Source: Escherichia phage vB_EcoM-RPN242
Length of the DNA stretch: 64,000 nt
Strand: one strand, 5' to 3'
Sequence record: OL656110.1
In this document: one piece after another, positions 9,476 to 17,946 of the stretch
Layout: each line of letters begins with the position of its first letter
Numbering within the stretch: position 1 is the first letter of the stretch
Translations under genes and position numbers: made by a program
The notes under the pieces: model-generated
Databases searched by the model: none
The model's input: the letters and a program-made list of their open reading frames with translations, nothing else
Told to the model about the DNA's origin: nothing

Positions 9476-9721
9476 CTACACTAATTTCTTGGACTTTAGC
9501 GCGTCTTTGATCAGGCGCGCATCGGAGCACTCAGCTGTCAGTCGTGACAACAATGGTGCTGTAATCATCTTTTTGACTTTGGTCTCGTCTATGTCGTTCT
9601 CTTCACAGACAGCTGCCAGAGTCTCAAGGATACTATCCTTGGTTTGGGCGGCGCGTAGTAGGACGATTTCAGAAAATAATTCTGGTGTCATCACAAGCGC
9701 TGGCTGTTTTTCTTCAGACAT
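9476..9721 (-). CDS. hypothetical protein (81 aa)
   Basis: Complete ORF with ATG start; overlaps upstream gene. Confidence 0.5.
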   Translation of the reverse strand: MSEEKQPALVMTPELFSEIVLLRAAQTKDSILETLAAVCEENDIDETKVKKMITAPLLSRLTAECSDARLIKDALKSKKLV

Positions 9722-9959
9722 CGATTGTGTTCCCCTTACCCGAACCCTTCTTTATCGTACGCAAGACGTCCTTGAAGCCATCTGGAGCTGATTGTGGTCC
9801 CTTCACCCCAGAGACAATCTTGGGAGCACCCACGACCATTTTAATCTCCCCTCCGCACTCAGTGCAGGGGTTGGATTCAGGCTCATGGCGATCTGCAATA
9901 GATTTACGCAGTGTCATCGCGTTACCACAGCCCTTGCATTGATAATCATACAGCGGCAT
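9714..9959 (-). CDS. zinc-ribbon protein (FmdB-like CxxC...CxxC)
   Basis: 81 aa; YDYQCKGCGN ... CTECGG. Confidence 0.55.
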   Translation of the reverse strand: MPLYDYQCKGCGNAMTLRKSIADRHEPESNPCTECGGEIKMVVGAPKIVSGVKGPQSAPDGFKDVLRTIKKGSGKGNTIDV

Positions 9960-10260
9960 GGAACACCCCCACAGTTGTCAGTACGAAACGTACCATAATG
10001 ATAACCAGCAACATCACTGTAGAAAACACTACACGCTTGATCATTTTATCGCGCATGTGGATGAACTGATATGAGAGGATAGCCTCGGCCTGTTGATCGG
10101 CACGAACGTTCGTGTCACGATGTGGGGACAGCGTGTAGAAGTTGATCTGGTACACATACGCATGAACCAGAGTGAAGAACGACTTCACCCAGACCAAGAC
10201 AACCACTAACAACAAAGCGAACGTCAGGAAGTTCGCCAACAACCAATAATCGACCATCAT
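9946..10260 (-). CDS. small membrane protein (two predicted TM helices)
   Basis: 104 aa; hydrophobic segments LLANFLTFALLLVVVLVWV and VVFSTVMLLVIIMV. Confidence 0.5.
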   Translation of the reverse strand: MMVDYWLLANFLTFALLLVVVLVWVKSFFTLVHAYVYQINFYTLSPHRDTNVRADQQAEAILSYQFIHMRDKMIKRVVFSTVMLLVIIMVRFVLTTVGVFHAAV

Positions 10261-10847
10261 ATACCTCTGTTGAAGTCTGGATTATTCTCAATGAAGTAAG
10301 AGCCACAAGCCATTATCGCAAATGAATCCACAAGGTCATCGATTGGCTTAGGATCCTTAACTTCCAACATATCCATTATACCGCGCATGCTAACATTGAA
10401 CAGTGACTCGAAGTGAGCGATCATGGCGTGTTTATCGGCGTTGCCCTTGTCGGTGAACATCTTCTTCACATGGGATGGCGTCACGATCTGGAAGTCGAAA
10501 TTGTTACGGCGCAGGGCTTGCTTCAACAGTGAGGTATTCTCTGCGGTCTGGCATATGTTGTTGGAATTCTTAGAGTTGCCCATAGCATACCCTTCAAGAG
10601 TGATCACATCCGGCTTCTCAGTCAACAGGACAGCCTCAGCCCATTTACAGATGTTATAGAAGCGTTCTTCTGGGGTCTCCCACTTCGGTTGCTTCATGAT
10701 AAGGATGTTCTGACGAATCTGAGTGCAGTACTTCTCCACAGTATAATATGCGTAGAAGCGCAGATGATCAAAATCAAGAGGGTCTTTATCATCCCAGAAG
10801 CACAGGGATGGACAGCCATAGGAGTAGTCGATTCCGCAATATTTCAT
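10257..10847 (-). CDS. RuvC-like Holliday junction resolvase
   Basis: 196 aa; N-terminal MKYCGIDYS, central ITLEGYAMG and C-terminal DDLVDSFAIMACG match the RuvC catalytic acidic motif arrangement. Confidence 0.5.
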   Translation of the reverse strand: MKYCGIDYSYGCPSLCFWDDKDPLDFDHLRFYAYYTVEKYCTQIRQNILIMKQPKWETPEERFYNICKWAEAVLLTEKPDVITLEGYAMGNSKNSNNICQTAENTSLLKQALRRNNFDFQIVTPSHVKKMFTDKGNADKHAMIAHFESLFNVSMRGIMDMLEVKDPKPIDDLVDSFAIMACGSYFIENNPDFNRGI

Positions 10848-10898
10848 GTAAATAGCCCATAACGAAGTTTCATTGGTGTATGGGCTATTTATGCCGGG

Positions 10899-11390
10899 TT
10901 AACGGGTGATGATTTTGCTATCAGGCAGGATCAGACCAGGGTGGTCTAGGTTCTTCTGCATCTGTTGGATACTCTGCAGGATCACGGTAGTGTCAATGTG
11001 GCGTTTCACTTTGCGCGCTTCATCACCGTAGGAGATCTGTCCCTGAGGATCTATGTAGTGGGCTGTCACAACCTGCAGATCATAACCACACTTGATCAGG
11101 TACTTAGCAATGTTGCTAACTTCGAGAGACAGGGACTCACCGTCCACACCGATGTTGGCTGAGTAGACGATTACGCCATTTTCTACTGCTTTCGGTTCAA
11201 ACAAAACCATACCAGCGATCGTCTGGATCAAAGGAACTCCCTCGGTATCGAAAGCCACCTGATCGAACGCACCGATGAACTCATCCGGCACTTTACCTTC
11301 GGCATCAGAAACTGTGTGTTTCATAAGGTCCAGAACGTGTTGTTGTACTTCCTCAATCGGAGCACGTTCAACGGGTTTTTCGTTTTGCAT
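10899..11390 (-). CDS. hypothetical protein
   Basis: Start taken at ATG 11390 (MQNEKPV...) with GGAG RBS; longer track ORF would overlap the upstream gene extensively. Confidence 0.5.
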   Translation of the reverse strand: MQNEKPVERAPIEEVQQHVLDLMKHTVSDAEGKVPDEFIGAFDQVAFDTEGVPLIQTIAGMVLFEPKAVENGVIVYSANIGVDGESLSLEVSNIAKYLIKCGYDLQVVTAHYIDPQGQISYGDEARKVKRHIDTTVILQSIQQMQKNLDHPGLILPDSKIITR

Positions 11391-11898
11391 TACTTTTCTC
11401 CAGTTCATAATCGCGCTCCACAACGTATTGGTAGACACGCATCTTAATATAGTCAGCACTGCCTGCTGAAGACAGCACCATCCATCCACTACTAAGGGCA
11501 TTCATCTTATATTGACCAACACCCTCTTGAAAATAACTTTTAATCTGTTCCAGCTTTCGCACACGATGATAATACGAGATGAGTTCGCCAATGACAATAC
11601 AATCTGGATAATGCTTGTCCAATGTATTGATGTTGCGGTGAACATACACGGGTAGAACTTCTTCATCGTCGATAGGGCTGTAGTATGGGTCTACGATGAC
11701 CACTTGTAGACCATAACGCAGCAGGTCTTTGACACCCAGCCGACAGAACTTATAATCTTCGTGTTTCATTGCCACATGGAGGATATTCTCTTTCTTGGCA
11801 TAATCGGTCAGGAAGATAAAGAAGTCTGTGTTGGGATCGGGATATTGTATAGACAGTTCTTTGCCTATTTCACTAAAACAAAATCCGCGCATTTTCAT
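11368..11898 (-). CDS. hypothetical protein (176 aa)
   Basis: Complete ORF; GAGGA RBS near start (second ATG at 11892 may be the real start). Confidence 0.55.
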   Translation of the reverse strand: MKMRGFCFSEIGKELSIQYPDPNTDFFIFLTDYAKKENILHVAMKHEDYKFCRLGVKDLLRYGLQVVIVDPYYSPIDDEEVLPVYVHRNINTLDKHYPDCIVIGELISYYHRVRKLEQIKSYFQEGVGQYKMNALSSGWMVLSSAGSADYIKMRVYQYVVERDYELEKSNAKRKTR

Positions 11899-11941
11899 TC
11901 CTCGTTATAATTACTCTTACAATATACCGTGGAGATACATT

Positions 11942-12748
11942 ATGAATTTACCATCATTGCCCAGAACAGAAAAGACATATAAAAGCGACTTTTGGCCTAC
12001 TGTGATCAAATATCGCGCCTTTACTGCGGGGCAACAAACTTTATTACTTCAGGTGTCAGATCCGCAAACGCCGATTGAAGAACGCGCGGCCATGATGGAG
12101 AGTCTCTTTAGCGAGTGTGTAAATGCAGGCGCACCTTTCAGTAAACTACCAATCGGCGTTGTTGAGGAAGTGTTCATCCGCATGCGCATGATCTCCATCG
12201 GTGAATTGATGAAGATTCGTTATAAGTGCAATAATCAGATTGAAGAAATGATCGATCTGGGAGATGGTCAAGAAAAGCACCAGATGGTTCCCTGTGAGCA
12301 GGAACTGACTCTACCTATCCCGTTGAACAACGTCAAATGCATTGCTCAGGACGGCTTCCGGGAGACGTTTGACCTGCCAGGTGGATATCACCTCAAGATG
12401 CGCCAACCTTCCTTCTCGGACGCTACGGCACTGTCTGATGCTGCAAGCGTTGAGATGATGCTGGCCACCTTTATCGACTGTCTGTACGATGATGACGGTC
12501 AGGTTTGGAAGGTTGAGAATCCTGAAGAAATCGGAATCACTCCGGAAGAGGCTACTGAGCGCCGCCGTGTGAAAGAAGCGTTTGTTGAGTGGGTGAAGGA
12601 TAACATCGAATCAGATGTTATTGACAGCGTTACGAAGAACTTCTTCCATAAAATACCGCGCATCCACTACAAGAGTTCGATCAAGTGTCCGAAATGTGGT
12701 AAGGAGCACAAAATCGAATTCAATAGTATTAATGAAATTTTCATTTAA
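11942..12748 (+). CDS. hypothetical protein with C-terminal zinc ribbon (possible baseplate-associated)
   Basis: 268 aa from ATG 11942 with GGAGATACATT RBS (track start 11828 is GTG and overlaps minus gene); C-terminal CPKCGKEH; directly upstream of gp5-like gene. Confidence 0.55.
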   Translation: MNLPSLPRTEKTYKSDFWPTVIKYRAFTAGQQTLLLQVSDPQTPIEERAAMMESLFSECVNAGAPFSKLPIGVVEEVFIRMRMISIGELMKIRYKCNNQIEEMIDLGDGQEKHQMVPCEQELTLPIPLNNVKCIAQDGFRETFDLPGGYHLKMRQPSFSDATALSDAASVEMMLATFIDCLYDDDGQVWKVENPEEIGITPEEATERRRVKEAFVEWVKDNIESDVIDSVTKNFFHKIPRIHYKSSIKCPKCGKEHKIEFNSINEIFI

Positions 12749-12895
12749 TGTTTGAAACTGATTTATTATCCTACTTCGTGATGTGTGATGAATTGAAGTT
12801 ACACGGCTATAGCATATTTGAAATCAACGAGTCGATGCCATGGCATCTTGACTTGTTAACCGAAGCCCTCAAGGTCAGGTTGTCTAAGAAACAGT

Positions 12896-12921
12896 AATCC
12901 CGCTTCGGCGGGATTTTTATT
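12896..12921 (+). terminator. rho-independent terminator
   Basis: aatcccgc-ttcg-gcgggatt stem followed by TTTTAT, about 150 nt after the stop at 12748. Confidence 0.65.
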
Positions 12922-13218
12922 GGCTTAACTGTAAAATCGGTTAACACGAACTTTCTTTACCTGAAATTGCTATAATGGGCTTGTTCCCGAGTCATTTGTT
13001 GGTGTTTGTCTGTTTTGAATCAGATTGTCAGTAAAATACCATTTTTCAAGGAGTGTTCTGGGGTGTACAGTTATTGCCTCGCCCTTATGCCTCCATGGCA
13101 TTGGAATGGTGCTGCCCGCATAGGGCGGTTTGATGAGCGAAGCGAATAGGATCGAATAAAACAAATAAAATGAACGGAAGCAGAGCTTCCTATAGTATAT
13201 AAGGCAAAATCAGCTGCG

Positions 13219-13226
13219 CATAAATA
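13219..13226 (+). promoter_or_regulatory. late-promoter-like box CATAAATA (one mismatch to TATAAATA)
   Basis: About 35 nt upstream of gp5-like start at 13261. Confidence 0.3.
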
Positions 13227-13260
13227 CCTTCAAATCCTTGTTTGACAACCGGAATTCAAT

Positions 13261-14871
13261 ATGTTAGACAATATGAGATGGTTTTACGGCACCGTTGAAG
13301 ATGTCAACGATCCAGACCAAAATGGGCGAGTTGCTGTTCGCATATATGGCGTACACACCGACGATCCCGTCCTCCTGCCTACGGACAAACTCCCATGGGC
13401 GAAGGTACTGATGCCTGCTTCAAATGCCTCCTCTGCTGGTTTAGGTTGGTCTCCAACGGGTATCATTCCTGGTACTGAGGTTATGGGGTTCGCCCTTGAC
13501 GAAGCATACCAGAATTTACGCATCACCTGGACTTGGACTGGTTCAAGCCCTACTGATGGTGCCGACACAAACCCACTGGCTCTCGGGCAGGTCGTTCAAT
13601 CTGTAGAACGTCAGGCGTACAACGCTGTCACTGACGTTCCTGTGAAACAAGAAGACGAACCACAACCAGATCCACAACCACCTGTTGGTGGGTATGATCC
13701 AGAGAAGTGGATGACAATCGCTCGTGGCGAATTGGGTATCAAGGAGTACGCCGGAAAGTTCAACAACAACCCGCGCATTATAGAATATCACAAGACAACC
13801 TCCCTTGGTGCTTCTGAAGATGAAGTGTCGTGGTGTGCGGCGTTCGTGGGTTGGGTTATGATACAGGCTGGATACACGTCTACACGCTCCGCTCTTGCCC
13901 GATCTTACCTTACATGGGGCACTCCACTGTCAGCACCACAATATGGCGCTATCGTAGTCTTCCGGCGTGGTAACAACCCTACATTTGGACACGTAGCGTT
14001 TGTGCAGAAGTTCGATGCAAACTATGTCTGGTGTATTGGTGGCAACCAATCCGATTCAGTGAAGGTCAGTCGTTTCAGACGTTCTTCGGTCTTGGGATAT
14101 CGTTGGCCTGGTCCTGCTAACACAGCCACAGCCGCGCCTGCGCAGCAGAATGGTAAATGGTCAGAACCTATCCCAGATCGTACTCCAAAGGAACAACCGA
14201 CTCCGGCTCCTACTGGGCGAGTACAGGATATTGACAACACTGGAGAGACCATGGTTCCGGCTGCGGGTGGCTCCAAATACCCGTACAATAACGTCATGGT
14301 GTCCCGAGCTGGGCATATTATGGAAGTGGATGACACCCCTGGTGGTGAACGTCTTCACTGGATGCATAAGTCTGGGTCTTACAAGCAAATGTTGCCGGAT
14401 GGTGATGTGGTCAACAAGTCCGTCAAAGACCACTATGACCTGACGATGTTCAACAAGCGTTATTATGTCGGCGGGGACCACAACCTGACGGTCAAAGGAA
14501 CTGAAGTTCAGCGCAAGACAGGTGAGGTCTATCATTTGCATTCCAACAACTACTCAAATGTGGTTGCGGGCACAGCGCTGATGAAATTCAGTGACCTAGC
14601 GGAAATGCAAGCGCAGAATATTCTGCGCATTATCTGCGAGACTCTGGAGGTCGGTGGGACATTGAAGGTTCCTAAGATTCTAACGACTGAGATAATCGCT
14701 GACAAACTGACTGTCGCTCAGACGATCAATGGTAACATCATATATGCCGAAGGTGCTGGTCGCGCTTCTTCTCTGTCAGGTGCAACCCCTGCATCCCCTA
14801 CGGGTCCGGGTGAGATTGACATCAAGGCAGAATTAAAAGACAATGGTGGTAATTTCGGCACCAAAGAGTAA
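13261..14871 (+). CDS. baseplate central spike protein (gp5/VgrG-like OB-fold N-terminus) with embedded CHAP-type cysteine peptidase domain
   Basis: 536 aa; N-terminal NGRVAVRIYGVHTDDPVLLPTDKLPWAKV; CHAP-like SWCAAFVGWVM ... GHVAFV; Gly/Val-rich C-terminal region. Confidence 0.7.
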   Translation: MLDNMRWFYGTVEDVNDPDQNGRVAVRIYGVHTDDPVLLPTDKLPWAKVLMPASNASSAGLGWSPTGIIPGTEVMGFALDEAYQNLRITWTWTGSSPTDGADTNPLALGQVVQSVERQAYNAVTDVPVKQEDEPQPDPQPPVGGYDPEKWMTIARGELGIKEYAGKFNNNPRIIEYHKTTSLGASEDEVSWCAAFVGWVMIQAGYTSTRSALARSYLTWGTPLSAPQYGAIVVFRRGNNPTFGHVAFVQKFDANYVWCIGGNQSDSVKVSRFRRSSVLGYRWPGPANTATAAPAQQNGKWSEPIPDRTPKEQPTPAPTGRVQDIDNTGETMVPAAGGSKYPYNNVMVSRAGHIMEVDDTPGGERLHWMHKSGSYKQMLPDGDVVNKSVKDHYDLTMFNKRYYVGGDHNLTVKGTEVQRKTGEVYHLHSNNYSNVVAGTALMKFSDLAEMQAQNILRIICETLEVGGTLKVPKILTTEIIADKLTVAQTINGNIIYAEGAGRASSLSGATPASPTGPGEIDIKAELKDNGGNFGTKE

Positions 14872-14944
14872 GTTGGTATAAGTTTAGTGGCAGAGGGACA
14901 GCACGTCTCTCTGCTCCTTATAGGCATCCTGAGAGGATCGCGAA

Positions 14945-15325
14945 ATGAAAGAGTATAAAGATGTCGATCTGAAGTTCGGCATGCATCCAGTGACCAAAGA
15001 TGTCACCATGAAATCAGGCGTATACGCTGTCTTGCAATCTGTGCGGAATATCGTCATGTCTTCAGTCGGGGACTGGCCCACTTATCCTGGGATCGGCGCG
15101 GGGCTTTATGGGTTGCTGGGTGAAAACACGACACCGACTATCCAGGTAGATGTGAAGAACAAAGTAGAGGACGCCATCGCCCTGTATGAACCCAGAGCAG
15201 AGGTAGAAGAAGTCACGGTGAGTCTGTCAGAGGATTACCATTCTCTGGGCGTGACCATCACATTCTATGTGGTCAACAATCCAGATCCAATAACAGACAC
15301 CGTGTGGTTGAAAAGGACGAATTAG
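14945..15325 (+). CDS. baseplate wedge protein (T4 gp25 / GPW-like)
   Basis: 126 aa; VLQSVRNIVMSSVGDWPTYPGIGAGLYGLLGE matches the gp25 family signature; directly after gp5-like gene. Confidence 0.7.
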   Translation: MKEYKDVDLKFGMHPVTKDVTMKSGVYAVLQSVRNIVMSSVGDWPTYPGIGAGLYGLLGENTTPTIQVDVKNKVEDAIALYEPRAEVEEVTVSLSEDYHSLGVTITFYVVNNPDPITDTVWLKRTN

Positions 15326-15672
15326 AATTTCGTCCTGAATGCCGGAGCCACGACTAACATGAAGTGGCTCAATAACCTGAACATCTCTTTACCGTTGAAT
15401 TGGTAGAGGATAATCATCGGCCTGACGTCAACCACTGATCCCTCCAGCTTCTTGTTCAACACAAATCTGGAACCCACACTGACCTGTCCGCGCTCTTCGT
15501 CTCCTGGTTTGTCGTAGACCACGCAACTGGTGGCATAACCGATCTGAGATCCATCCTCAGACCGCAAGGGCAGCATATGCCCTTCAGACATCAGATGATG
15601 CAGGTTTTGGTATAAACCTTTGTCTGGTATGGGGACTGCCAGCTGCATTCTCAACTCTTTGTAATCTTGCAT
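15322..15672 (-). CDS. hypothetical protein (116 aa)
   Basis: Complete ORF with ATG start; convergent with gp25-like gene (stop codons overlap). Confidence 0.5.
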   Translation of the reverse strand: MQDYKELRMQLAVPIPDKGLYQNLHHLMSEGHMLPLRSEDGSQIGYATSCVVYDKPGDEERGQVSVGSRFVLNKKLEGSVVDVRPMIILYQFNGKEMFRLLSHFMLVVAPAFRTKF

Positions 15673-15677
15673 GAGGA

Positions 15678-16139
15678 CTACTCCGCCAGGGTGATCACAA
15701 CCATATTTAAGACTGTGTCGATAGCTCGGCCTGTTTCCTCTTCATGGAGGGTTTCGGCGCGGAGGTGCACGTCGGTGATGAAATTGTCGATGTGCATTGA
15801 AGTCAGATACGGGCGGTGTTGACTGACCGGGCGGTTGACCAGAACATAATTGCGCAATGTGTTGAAGTCCTGATGAGAGCACCCCGTTGTATCGATACGA
15901 AGGAAGCGTTCGTTGTGGCTTGTCTTCAGTTCAGTTACCTTGCCGAGGTAGACCAGAGGTCCATTGCGACCGATACGGAACATAACATCAACAACAGACT
16001 TGAAGATTTCGCGTTCAATTAGTGCGGTGGGTGACCAGCAGATCTCTTCTTTGTCATCGGCGTACAGGGTGTCGATCACCAGAGGGAGTTGAATGTAACC
16101 GAAGTTGTGCATTGGGTTGGTGAGTACTTTGTTTGTCAT
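15678..16139 (-). CDS. hypothetical protein (153 aa)
   Basis: ATG start with GGGAACTATATC leader; downstream of promoter cassette D. Confidence 0.55.
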   Translation of the reverse strand: MTNKVLTNPMHNFGYIQLPLVIDTLYADDKEEICWSPTALIEREIFKSVVDVMFRIGRNGPLVYLGKVTELKTSHNERFLRIDTTGCSHQDFNTLRNYVLVNRPVSQHRPYLTSMHIDNFITDVHLRAETLHEEETGRAIDTVLNMVVITLAE

Positions 16140-16244
16140 GATATAGTTCCCGCTTTCAATTTGTGGCGAATGCCAATGAATTACTGGGAAGTATAAGCGC
16201 AGGGATTATAGAAGTAAAGCCCCTCAATGAGGGGCTTTGGCTTG
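16140..16244 (-). promoter_or_regulatory. intergenic cassette D: hairpin terminator + TTTACT-N17-TATACT promoter + conserved leader
   Basis: Hairpin agcccctc-aat-gaggggct (16218..16236); minus-strand -35 TTTACT (16213..16218), 17-nt spacer, -10 TATACT (16190..16195); leader ends GGGAACTATATCATG; homologous to cassettes at 29252, 50853 and 63197. Confidence 0.5.
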
Positions 16245-16469
16245 TCAGCGTTTAAGGCTGGCGGCGAGTCCATTAACGTCGGTCACGGTCTGGTCAGCGA
16301 GGACGATTACAGGCATCGACACGCGCGGCTTACCCGTCAACTGCTGAAGTTCTTCCAGCCGGTAATCTTTGTCCAGCTTGAGGATCTTGTGTTCCAGCCC
16401 TTTCATTTTGCACAGATTTTCGGCTGTTACACACTGAGCGCAACCTTGTTTGGAATAGATCGTAATCAT
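16245..16469 (-). CDS. nrdH: NrdH-like glutaredoxin
   Basis: 74 aa; redox motif CAQC near N-terminus (IYSKQGCAQC); immediately downstream of nrdB. Confidence 0.65.
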   Translation of the reverse strand: MITIYSKQGCAQCVTAENLCKMKGLEHKILKLDKDYRLEELQQLTGKPRVSMPVIVLADQTVTDVNGLAASLKR

Positions 16470-16478
16470 TTCTCACCT

Positions 16479-17582
16479 TTAAGCGAATTTGAGGCCATCG
16501 GATACCGAACCAGTCAGTACACCCATCAGATAATCAGGAGCTTCCGCTTCCTGCAACGCGTACTGCATTGCCTTATTATCTAGCCAGTCATTAATCCATG
16601 GGACTGGGTTCTCCTTGCGAGGTTCACCGGGATATGGATGCCCGATAGCGCCCATTCGGTGGGTTGCCAGCCAGTCTACCATCTGATGAAGGATCTTGGC
16701 GTTCAGCCCCAGGATGGAACCGTCTTTGAATAGGTAGTTCGCCCACTCCTTCTCCTGATGGACCACGTCCAGGAACATCTGGGTCATCTCACCACGCAGT
16801 TCCTCACGGATGATTGCAAAGTCGGGGTCCATACCAGGCAGGCGGTTTAGCAGCGTCTGGGTCAGGATCAGGTGATCCTGCTCATCACGGGCGATCTGTC
16901 GAATGATTTTGGCATTGCCTTCCATCTTCTTCTGGAACTGTGTGAATGCCCAAGAGCATGCAAAGGACACGTAGAAGCGAATGCCTTCCAGTGTGTTGGC
17001 AGCAAACAGAGCACGCCAGAATGCGCGTTTGGCATTCATCAGATCTTCTCGGGTGAAGATGCGTCCGGCCATACGCATGCCACTGTACTGTACCATGTCA
17101 TCGTAGTACACACTGATCTGGTGAGCGCAGTCCACGATCTCTACAACATCCAGTACGTGGTCAAACACGATACCTGGATCGTTCACAGTATTGCGCAAAA
17201 TGTGGGTGTACGATAAAGAGTGAATGGCTTCCTGACGCGTCCATTCAAGGACAGCAAACTGCATTTCAGGGGTAGACGCCCACGGACCAAACGCCTCGAA
17301 CGGAGCCGCACCCTGGATAGAGTCCAGCATGGTCTGGCGCTTCAGGTTGCTGAAGTAGACATGTTTCTCTGCTTCGTTCAGAGTAGCGAAGTCTGCCTTG
17401 TCCTTGGTGATGTCCACCTCTTCAGGACGCCAGAACTGACTGAGACCTTTCTCATACCACTTCTGTACGAATGGCCAGGCCACGACATCGTAACGCTGGA
17501 TGCTCACTGGGTCGCCGAAGAACGGTAGACCAGTGTTGTCCGAGCTTGGGTCGAATACGGAGAATTGTTTCTGTTCGCTCAT
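16479..17582 (-). CDS. nrdB: ribonucleotide reductase class Ia small subunit
   Basis: Start at ATG 17582 (MSEQKQF...); di-iron/tyrosyl-radical regions (EAIHSLSYTHIL, IRQIARDEQDHL). Confidence 0.9.
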   Translation of the reverse strand: MSEQKQFSVFDPSSDNTGLPFFGDPVSIQRYDVVAWPFVQKWYEKGLSQFWRPEEVDITKDKADFATLNEAEKHVYFSNLKRQTMLDSIQGAAPFEAFGPWASTPEMQFAVLEWTRQEAIHSLSYTHILRNTVNDPGIVFDHVLDVVEIVDCAHQISVYYDDMVQYSGMRMAGRIFTREDLMNAKRAFWRALFAANTLEGIRFYVSFACSWAFTQFQKKMEGNAKIIRQIARDEQDHLILTQTLLNRLPGMDPDFAIIREELRGEMTQMFLDVVHQEKEWANYLFKDGSILGLNAKILHQMVDWLATHRMGAIGHPYPGEPRKENPVPWINDWLDNKAMQYALQEAEAPDYLMGVLTGSVSDGLKFA

Positions 17583-17583
17583 G

Positions 17584-17877
17584 TTATGCCTTGCCTTCGT
17601 GGAGTTTGATCTGTTCAGTGGTGATGTAATTCTTGATGTTAACAACAAAATCCTGGCGTTTGTCTGCAGGTAATTTGCTGAGGTCTAGAAGGATGTGAGT
17701 ACGGTTCACAGTATCCATTGGATCCGTGTAATTCAACGGGATAGCCGTGACTTCGCCGCCGTTGTGCCAAGCAGTGGCCACCTTCACGTTGCGGAGAACA
17801 TTCTCCGCTTCCATTTTGCTGTTGTGTTCGAGCAAGATACCTGGTTGGCCAGGGACTAACAATAACGTTTGGAACAT
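17584..17877 (-). CDS. hypothetical protein (97 aa) between nrdA and nrdB
   Basis: Complete ORF with ATG start. Confidence 0.5.
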   Translation of the reverse strand: MFQTLLLVPGQPGILLEHNSKMEAENVLRNVKVATAWHNGGEVTAIPLNYTDPMDTVNRTHILLDLSKLPADKRQDFVVNIKNYITTEQIKLHEGKA

Positions 17878-17946
17878 ATAGAACTCCTGATGAATAGGGG
17901 TGATCTCTCACCCCTGATGATATAACGGTAGTAGGTTTAGACCAAT

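Noticed and set aside
12970-13164. 64-aa minus-strand ORF inside the long intergenic region
   Set aside because: Implausible composition, no RBS, and it overlaps the terminator/promoter region of the plus-strand baseplate operon.
16479-17582. Group I intron or intein interruption of nrdB, nrdA or the ThyA-fold gene (common in T4-like phages)
   Set aside because: All three reading frames are continuous and collinear with their homologs across conserved motifs; no insertion evident.
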